Assembly: GCA_934635045.1 (NCBI GenBank)
Contig: CAKTZA010000003.1
Coordinates: 13,143 to 77,142, forward strand
Length of the DNA: 64,000 nt
Direction of reading: 5' to 3'
Source of the DNA: an uncultured Kiritimatiellota bacterium
GTDB lineage: Bacteria > Verrucomicrobiota > Kiritimatiellia > RFP12 > UBA1067
The notes under the pieces are model-generated. The model had not been told where the DNA came from and made no database searches. It was given only the letters and a program-made list of their open reading frames with translations. A program made the position numbers and the translations under genes. How positions within the stretch are numbered: position 1 is the stretch's first letter; every line of letters begins with the position of its first letter. Below, piece after piece: positions 1 to 6,622 of the stretch.

Positions 1-883
1 ATGGTTTTCGTTTGTTCTTAATTTTCTAATAAAGCCCTTTGTCATAGAGCAATGTCAACATCGGATTACGAGATTGGTTTTTGCTAAAGATTCAATTCCG
101 CGTTATTTAAAAGAGTTGTCTAGATTTATGCCAGAGGAAGATAGCGTTTATCATTCGAGGGCTTTCGAATTTGTTCAACAGTATATTGGGGGAAATCGAA
201 TACTCTCAAGGATCTGTAAGTTTTTTGATGAAGTACTAGTTGATGAAGTCCAAGATTATGCAGGTTATGATTTTGATTTCATAGAGTTGCTTGGGCAATC
301 GGATATTGATGTAACGATTGTAGGCGATTTCTTTCAACATACTTTCGATACGAGCCGTGATGGTGCAAAGGACAAAACATTGCATGATGACTTTTCTGTA
401 TACAAAAAAAGACTCGGTAAATATTATAAATTGGATGAGTGCACGCTGTCGAAAAGTTATCGGTGTACTGCAGAGGTTAGTTTGTTTATTAAGGAGAAGT
501 TAGGCATTGCAATCGAATCACACCATAGCCATAAGGATGAGAACGGGCCAGTGTTAATTGCCGACAAAACAGAGATCGAAACGATTATGCTCAATCCTTC
601 GTGCAAGAAACTTTTTTATCAAAAGTATTACGACTATCGTTGTGACGGAGGGAATTGGGGAGATTGCAAAGGACTGTCGTATGAGAATGTCTGCGTAGTG
701 TTGAATCCTACTACGCTAAAATGTTTCTTGACAGATAATTTGTCTGGTTTGTCGCCTAAAACTCGGAATAAATTTTATGTTGCATGCACAAGAACAAAGG
801 GGAATCTTTGTTTTATTAAAGAATCGGATATTGTATCGTACAAAAAAGGTAATGGCGCCGCACCTGATCGGAGGAATGCGTGA
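1..883 (+). CDS. UvrD/Rep-like superfamily-1 DNA helicase, C-terminal part (5' end lies outside the window)
   Basis: The frame of the 74..883 ORF has no stop in codons 2..73, so the gene runs off the left edge. SF1 motifs are visible: VLVDEVQDY (motif II), TIVGDFFQ (III), SKSYRC (IV), CKGLSYENVCVV (V), FYVACTRTKGNL (VI). The segment is very AT-rich (first 60 nt about one-third GC). Confidence 0.7.
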   Translation, partial: WFSFVLNFLIKPFVIEQCQHRITRLVFAKDSIPRYLKELSRFMPEEDSVYHSRAFEFVQQYIGGNRILSRICKFFDEVLVDEVQDYAGYDFDFIELLGQSDIDVTIVGDFFQHTFDTSRDGAKDKTLHDDFSVYKKRLGKYYKLDECTLSKSYRCTAEVSLFIKEKLGIAIESHHSHKDENGPVLIADKTEIETIMLNPSCKKLFYQKYYDYRCDGGNWGDCKGLSYENVCVVLNPTTLKCFLTDNLSGLSPKTRNKFYVACTRTKGNLCFIKESDIVSYKKGNGAAPDRRNA

Positions 884-987
884 TGCGTCTGCGAGGATTT
901 GACTACAAGCGGCCATTCTTTTATATGGTGACGCTGAAGCGGCTGCCGGAGCTGGCGGCCTTATCCCCACGATTTGCTATAATCTGA
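883..987 (+). pseudogene. 34-codon remnant resembling the N-terminus of an IS200/IS605-family Y1 (RAYT-like) transposase
   Basis: ATG 883 overlaps the helicase stop (TGATG). Translation is MRLRGFDYKRPFFYMVTLKRLPELAALSPRFAII*. The RL[KR]G[FY]DY..P..Y.VT opening matches my recollection of RAYT-type transposase N-termini. It stops after 34 codons, at the AT-rich/mid-GC junction. Confidence 0.3.
975..983 (+). promoter_or_regulatory. Extended -10 promoter (TGcTATAAT) upstream of the AlbA_2/DrmA-like/DrmB-like operon
   Basis: The string gatTTGCTATAAT is the same motif found upstream of ppdK, cpaB, valS and others. It lies 18 nt upstream of ATG 1002. Confidence 0.45.
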
Positions 988-1001
988 AATAAGAAGTTTC
1001 C

Positions 1002-2492
1002 ATGAAACGTGACGAATCGCAGAATGTCGAATACAAGGAAAGCTGGCACGACAAGTATCTTGCCTGGATATGCGGCTATGCCAATGCGCAGGGCGGCACA
1101 ATCTACTTCGGCATCGAGGACGGCACTAAGAAGCCGGTCGGCGTGAAAAACGCCAACAAGTTGATGGAGGACGTTCCCAACAAGATACGCGATACGATGG
1201 GCATTGTCGCGGATGTCGCCCTGCTGCGCAAAAGCGGCAAGGATGTCATTCGCGTAAAAGTAAAGAAGAGCATCTTCCCCGTCTGCTATCACGGCGAATA
1301 CCACTACCGCACTGGCGCGGTGAAGATGATTCTCACAGGTTCGTCTTTGACGCAGTTCCTTTTGGAGAAAAGCGGACTGGATTGGGACTCGGCCCCGACA
1401 TTCAGCGGATTCAAGAAGGATGAGCATGCGTTTACCACATTGGCCGCACGATACAAGAAAGAACGCAAGGTCAAGCTGCTGGACTCGGATTTCGAATCGT
1501 TCGGATTAGCATTGCCGGACGGCCGCTTGACGAATGCAGGAGCGCTTTTGGCTGACGATTGCCCGCTTCGCCACTCGCGGGTGTTCTGCACCCGTTGGAA
1601 TGGGTGCGACATGGCGGCGGGTGTGATGGATGCCAAGGACGATCAGGAGTATTCCGGCGGAATCCTCTCCATGCTCCAGTACGCCGAGGACTTCGTGCGC
1701 GTAAACTCACGGCGGGCTTGGCACAAGCTGGCGCGGACGCGCGTAGAGTTCGTGGAGTATCCAGAGAGGGCCGTTCACGAGGCGCTCGTCAACGCATTCA
1801 TACATCGAGACTACCTCGTGACTGGAAGTGAAGTCCATGTGGATATCTTTGACGACAGGCTTGAAATCACATCTCCTGGCGGGATGCCGGGCGAGCGCAG
1901 TTTGGAGGATTTCGATATCCGTAGCATGCCGTCCATTCGCCGCAATCCACTTCTTGCGGACATGTGCGAACGGCTGAAGATCATGGAACGACGCGGGAGC
2001 GGCGTCAAAAAGATATTCGAGGACTACACGAAGATCTTCAAGAATCCAGGTGCCCGGATGCCTAAACTGGAATCCTTCCCCACCTATTTCCGTACAACGC
2101 TGCCGAACTTGATCTATGGTTACAACGATGAGCAGCTGGTTAGTGTTATACATGCTGTGTCCCCAGTCATGACCCCAGTTGCGACCCCAGTCATGACCCC
2201 AGTTGTGCCCCCAGTCATGCCCCCAGTCGAAAAACCGAGTGAAACGCTGATAGACGCAGTGCAAAGGAAGGTGTTGGCGGTACTCAAAGCGGGTGGCGTC
2301 ATGTCCACATCCGAACTGGCGGGGAAAGTCGGCATCAGCCAATCGAAGAATATGCGGAGACGCTATCTCAGGCTTCTGCTCGACATGGGGCTTGTGGAAT
2401 ACACGATTCCGCATAAGCCCAATTCGCGCCTTCAGAAATACCGGCTTACAGAGAAAGGGTGCGCTTTGAGTGAGAGTGAGAATGGGGAGTGA
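1002..2492 (+). CDS. Schlafen-like AlbA_2 domain + HATPase_c_4-type ATPase + C-terminal winged-HTH protein (COG2865-type 'RecG-like' putative regulator)
   Basis: The N-terminus ESQNVEYKESW...GGTIYFGIEDG is typical of AlbA_2/Schlafen cores. The middle region AVHEALVNAFIHRDY...LEITSPGG...RRNPLLADM...ERRGSGVKKI is typical of the HATPase_c_4 module. The C-terminal segment VLKAGGVMSTSELAGKVGIS...YLRLLLDMGLVEY is wHTH-like. Confidence 0.8.
   Translation: MKRDESQNVEYKESWHDKYLAWICGYANAQGGTIYFGIEDGTKKPVGVKNANKLMEDVPNKIRDTMGIVADVALLRKSGKDVIRVKVKKSIFPVCYHGEYHYRTGAVKMILTGSSLTQFLLEKSGLDWDSAPTFSGFKKDEHAFTTLAARYKKERKVKLLDSDFESFGLALPDGRLTNAGALLADDCPLRHSRVFCTRWNGCDMAAGVMDAKDDQEYSGGILSMLQYAEDFVRVNSRRAWHKLARTRVEFVEYPERAVHEALVNAFIHRDYLVTGSEVHVDIFDDRLEITSPGGMPGERSLEDFDIRSMPSIRRNPLLADMCERLKIMERRGSGVKKIFEDYTKIFKNPGARMPKLESFPTYFRTTLPNLIYGYNDEQLVSVIHAVSPVMTPVATPVMTPVVPPVMPPVEKPSETLIDAVQRKVLAVLKAGGVMSTSELAGKVGISQSKNMRRRYLRLLLDMGLVEYTIPHKPNSRLQKYRLTEKGCALSESENGE
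2161..2231 (+). repeat. Six tandem 12-nt units (CCCCAGTyrykr) encoding (PVMT/PVAT)n in the linker before the wHTH
   Basis: Units read directly: ccccagtcatga / ccccagttgcga / ccccagtcatga / ccccagttgtgc / ccccagtcatgc / ccccagtcgaa. Protein: SPVMTPVATPVMTPVVPPVMPPVE. Confidence 0.9.
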
Positions 2493-2500
2493 GAGTGTGA
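2468..2500 (+). repeat. GAGTGA/GAGAGT microsatellite spanning the stop codon of the AlbA_2 gene
   Basis: Sequence gagtgagagtgagaatggggagtgagagtgtga encodes ...SESENGE*, with stop TGA at 2490..2492. Confidence 0.8.
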
Positions 2501-2521
2501 ATAATTTCAGGAGGATTTCCA

Positions 2522-5500
2522 ATGGCTAAAGAACACGAAAACGCAGAATCGCAACCGTTGCCGACAGCTTGGACGCTTCCGGCGGCAAAATCCTGCAGGT
2601 TCAAAGTCGCGTGCGAGGGCGAAGAGTCCGCGTATGAGGTGATTAATCCAGGCGACGCGATGTTGCTTCTCGACGAGTCTGGCGAAATTGCATGGGGTGT
2701 CAGGCGGGTGTTCTTCGTGAGGCGTGAGCGCGACAGGAGCATTATATACTTCGACAGGTTCCTGGATTTTGAAAGGACAATGCCTTTGCAGACGATCCGT
2801 GGTGGCGCGCAAACGCTTCGTAAAATCGATTTGGAGCAGATCGACGACGTTCTGGCTTCTTATCAGTCAGGACGACCCAAGGATCCGTCCATACCGGAAG
2901 ACGAGGAGTTGCTACCGCTCGACTTCTCTGAACTTTGCGAGATGGAGGTCGGTGACGATTCAAAGGGGCAGACGCGGGCTTATGTTCGAGAGCTTCTTGA
3001 AACCGTCGTAGCGGATGATTTGCTCGGCCCTGCGCTGGGACCGCACGAGGAGATCGTCGGCATGAGCGTCAGGGATAGGTACATCCTTGGCCGCCTTGGG
3101 CCTCGAAGGGTAGAGAGTGGGAGTGGGAGTGGGAGTGGGGAATGCAACTCCGCACTTCCCACTTCGCACGCGCACTTATTGAAGAGTGCGCAAGACGAGG
3201 GGGTGGAAATGACCGAGGACGGCGAGGCACAGACCGAGAACAAGGACGGAAACGCCGATCACATTGACCATGGCGACTCGAAAATGGGCGCCTCGGACAT
3301 CGCAGAAGAGGAGGTTGCCGAGGACGTTGTCGATGGAGATGATATCTTGCGCTCGAATTCGCTTGTGCCTTCTTCGATGGGGTTGACATTCTGCATTGAT
3401 GAAAGTCTCCCAGACATTGAGGTTGAAGCGAGGTGGGGCAGTTACTATCGCACCGACAGCGAAACGGCCTTCAGGGATAACGGAAAGCCGTTCAAGTGCT
3501 GGAAGCGCGTCCCGCTCGGCGGCAAGCAGGTCTTGAAGCTGGCGGAAGGCAAGATAGCCTCTTTCAACCCCGACAATTCGATAGGGCAAGTCTGCGTCGT
3601 CGGCTCTGTGTCGAAGCCGGTGGAGGGCTCAAGACTTGTCACACTCTTTCTCGTCAACAAGCAAGAGGAACGTAAAGAGCTTCGTGATGCGGCTTGGATT
3701 TTCCAGCCGGAGCTGATTGTGCGCTCGCCCGATGGGAAGGCGATATTCAGGAAGCGCCCGCTGCAGAACCTTTCCAAAGACGACGAGGAGATGAAATCGC
3801 TCGACATGCTCTATCGCCGAAAGGTCGAGTTCGCGGTCGGACACAACATTTCCGTCCATGCGGTTGCCTCCGAGGGCGATTACGAACTGGCGACCGAGGT
3901 GAGAACGGTGTCGATTCCGCATTTCGAGGTTCCTGCCACGGAAGTGCCAGGGGCTTTTGATGGCGACCGCCCCGTTCTGAAAGACATCGCGTCCAAGCAC
4001 CTCCTTGACATGTATGAAATCGCCAAGTGCGTTGAGGATGGAGACTCGGCAAAGATCGACGCGAGCGCAATAGGCCTCATCGTTGATGACTATGCGGCGT
4101 GGATCGAAGAACAGAAAGCCATTGCGCAAACAAAGGGATTCTCTTTTTTCAAGAAATCCGCAGAGATCAACCTTAAGAAGTGCGAGAGTATTCTCGCCCG
4201 TCTGCGCGAAGGCGTCAAGACGCTCAAGAACGACGCCAATGCGAGAAAGGCCTTTGCGTTCGCCAATACAGCGATGGCGGAACAGCGCATACACTCCATC
4301 TTTTCGCTGCTAAGGCGGCAGAAGCAAAATCCCGGCATTGAGGAAATCAGGAACGCCGTGAAGAACCACGAATGGCGTCCGTTCCAGCTGGCATTCATCT
4401 TGTTGGCGATTCCATCGCTCGCCGATCCTACGCACAAGGATCGGACGTGTTCGGCCGATGCGTTCGCCGACCTCCTGTGGTTCCCCACGGGCGGCGGCAA
4501 GACCGAGGCGTACCTCGGTGTAGCTGCGTTCGCAATGGCTGTCAGACGGCTTCAGGGGAATCTTGGTGGACTGGACTCCAGCCGTGGGCTTGCCGTAATT
4601 ATGCGTTATACCTTGCGTTTGCTGACGGTTCAGCAGTTCCAGCGCGCGGCCACGCTCATTTGCGCGATGGAGAAAGCCCGCAGCGAGCATCCAGAAACGT
4701 GGGGCAAAGAGCCGTTCTCGCTTGGGCTGTGGGTTGGCAACAAGACGACGCCCAATAGCTACAAGGATAGCCGTGACATCGTCCGTAAGGCGCATGAAGG
4801 CAATCCGTCCAGCGGTGCCACTCCTGCGCAGCTGACGACCTGCCCGTGGTGCGGTGCGGATATACGTGAAGGAACAGACGTTGTTTGTCACGATGAAGAC
4901 ATGACGACAAGGCTGTTCTGTAGCGATTTCGAGTGCGATTTTTCGCAGCACAAGCACGAGTCGGGAATACCGGTTAAGACTGTCGATGACGAAATGTATC
5001 ATCGCCCGCCGTCCATGATGATAGGCACCGTGGACAAGTTCGCGCAGATGGCTTGGCGCGGCTCGGTCAGGACACTTTTCGGCAAGGCTGAAAAGGAATG
5101 CGTCAGACATGGGATCATCTGTCCTGACGATGATTGCAACGGTTTCCATGTGAAGCCCGCCACGCATCCGAAGGCCATTCAGCAGATACGTCCGCCGGAT
5201 TTGATCATTCAAGACGAGTTCCACCTCATTAGCGGTCCGCTCGGAACGATGGTCGGGCTCTATGAATCCGCCGTCGACGAACTGTGTTCGTGGTCGTCGG
5301 ACGGTACCAACAAGATCCATCCAAAAATCGTGGCCTCCACCGCAACGGTGCGAATGGCCGACGAACAGATAAACCGCGTGTTTTACCGCAAGTGTTCCGT
5401 CTTCCCGCCGAGCGGCATCGACATCGAGGACAATTTCTTCTCGAAACAGCGGCCTACGGAAGACAAGTTCGGACGTGACTACATGGGCGTATGTGCCCTT

Positions 5501-6619
5501 GGAACGTCGAGACCAGCGGCGCTGATCCGCACCTACGTTGCGTTCCTCACGGCTGGGCAGACGCTATTCGACAGCTTCGGGAGGCTCGCAGACCCCTACA
5601 TGACGGTCATCGGATACTTCAATTCGCTGCGGGAACTCGGCGGCATGCGCCGCCTTTCCGAAGACGACGTGCAGACCCGTAGCTACCGCGTGGCGCTTGA
5701 CAGTCGTGTAAGGCGTCCTGGACTCTCGCAACGCCGTGTCACGATGATTGACGAGTTGACCTCCCGAGTCAGCAGCCGTAGCATCCCTGAAAAGCTGAAC
5801 CAACTGGAAGTCGAGTTCAAGGCTGGGTACGCCAAGGGAGAGGCGCGTCCAATGGACATTGTCCTTGCGACAAACATGCTCTCGGTCGGCGTTGACGTTG
5901 ACAGGCTTGGACTGATGATCGCGAACGGGCAGCCGAAAAACACGGCGGAATACATACAGGCGACAAGCCGCGTCGGGCGAAAGCATCCCGGTGTGGTCTG
6001 CACGGTCTTCGCATGGGCGCGACCGCGCGATTTCTCGCACTACGAGGCGTTCGAGCACTATCACGCGACGTTCTACAAGCAAGTTGAGGCGCAAAGCGTG
6101 ACGCCGTTCTCGAAGAGAGCGCTTGACAGGGGACTTACGGGGGCGTTGGTCAGCGATATACGCCTTGCGAATGCCGCGTTGAGTGCAAACAGAGGCGCTG
6201 CTGAACTCAAGACGGCCATAGACCCGCGAGCGAAACAGGCGACGGACGCATTTTCCGACCGCGCGGCGCATGTTATGGACAATGAAGCGGGGAACGCCGT
6301 TAGAGACGAGCTGAAGGACAGGATCGACAGGTGGGTCAAGGCCGCGACGCAGGCCGGAAGAACACTCGGCTACGAAACGGAGTCCAAGGCAGGTGAAGTC
6401 GTCGGGCATCTAAAGCGTCCAGGACTCGCCATGTGGGACAAGGAAACCGTGCCGACGTCCATGCGAGAGGTCGAGAGTAGTGTTCGTCTCATCATGAACA
6501 AGAGCACGATAGACGGGGACGGAGGGCCAAAGCAATGGGAGTTTCGTCCGGCCGATGACGAATCCGAGAGTTCCGAAGGAACGCAGGCCACCGAAAACGA
6601 CACAAGAGCAAAGGAGTAG
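2522..6619 (+). CDS. DrmA-like large SF2 DExH helicase (DISARM-type) with an extended N-terminal region
   Basis: AGGAGG RBS 8 nt upstream. Helicase motifs: LLWFPTGGGKTEAYLG (Walker A / motif I), LIIQDEFHLISGPLG (DExH), LATNMLSVGVDVDRLGLMI (V), QATSRVGRKHPG (VI). The pre-helicase region (SLVPSSMGLTFCI...LVTLFLVN...WIFQPELIVRS...LYRRKVEFAVGHNISV) matches my recollection of DrmA. The gene is followed by a translationally coupled DUF1998 gene. Confidence 0.75.
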   Translation: MAKEHENAESQPLPTAWTLPAAKSCRFKVACEGEESAYEVINPGDAMLLLDESGEIAWGVRRVFFVRRERDRSIIYFDRFLDFERTMPLQTIRGGAQTLRKIDLEQIDDVLASYQSGRPKDPSIPEDEELLPLDFSELCEMEVGDDSKGQTRAYVRELLETVVADDLLGPALGPHEEIVGMSVRDRYILGRLGPRRVESGSGSGSGECNSALPTSHAHLLKSAQDEGVEMTEDGEAQTENKDGNADHIDHGDSKMGASDIAEEEVAEDVVDGDDILRSNSLVPSSMGLTFCIDESLPDIEVEARWGSYYRTDSETAFRDNGKPFKCWKRVPLGGKQVLKLAEGKIASFNPDNSIGQVCVVGSVSKPVEGSRLVTLFLVNKQEERKELRDAAWIFQPELIVRSPDGKAIFRKRPLQNLSKDDEEMKSLDMLYRRKVEFAVGHNISVHAVASEGDYELATEVRTVSIPHFEVPATEVPGAFDGDRPVLKDIASKHLLDMYEIAKCVEDGDSAKIDASAIGLIVDDYAAWIEEQKAIAQTKGFSFFKKSAEINLKKCESILARLREGVKTLKNDANARKAFAFANTAMAEQRIHSIFSLLRRQKQNPGIEEIRNAVKNHEWRPFQLAFILLAIPSLADPTHKDRTCSADAFADLLWFPTGGGKTEAYLGVAAFAMAVRRLQGNLGGLDSSRGLAVIMRYTLRLLTVQQFQRAATLICAMEKARSEHPETWGKEPFSLGLWVGNKTTPNSYKDSRDIVRKAHEGNPSSGATPAQLTTCPWCGADIREGTDVVCHDEDMTTRLFCSDFECDFSQHKHESGIPVKTVDDEMYHRPPSMMIGTVDKFAQMAWRGSVRTLFGKAEKECVRHGIICPDDDCNGFHVKPATHPKAIQQIRPPDLIIQDEFHLISGPLGTMVGLYESAVDELCSWSSDGTNKIHPKIVASTATVRMADEQINRVFYRKCSVFPPSGIDIEDNFFSKQRPTEDKFGRDYMGVCALGTSRPAALIRTYVAFLTAGQTLFDSFGRLADPYMTVIGYFNSLRELGGMRRLSEDDVQTRSYRVALDSRVRRPGLSQRRVTMIDELTSRVSSRSIPEKLNQLEVEFKAGYAKGEARPMDIVLATNMLSVGVDVDRLGLMIANGQPKNTAEYIQATSRVGRKHPGVVCTVFAWARPRDFSHYEAFEHYHATFYKQVEAQSVTPFSKRALDRGLTGALVSDIRLANAALSANRGAAELKTAIDPRAKQATDAFSDRAAHVMDNEAGNAVRDELKDRIDRWVKAATQAGRTLGYETESKAGEVVGHLKRPGLAMWDKETVPTSMREVESSVRLIMNKSTIDGDGGPKQWEFRPADDESESSEGTQATENDTRAKE
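3113..3140 (+). repeat. (GTGGGA)n hexamer repeat with a canonical G-quadruplex motif GGGAGTGGGAGTGGGAGTGGGG
   Basis: Read directly at 3119..3140: four G3+ runs with 3-nt loops on the coding strand. It encodes ESGSGSGSGE at the start of an acidic low-complexity linker. Confidence 0.9.
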
Positions 6620-6622
6620 GAC

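Noticed and set aside
716-1427. - strand ORFs 716..970 and 921..1427
   Set aside because: They are antisense to the helicase 3' end and to the well-supported AlbA_2 gene, and have no motifs or plausible start context.
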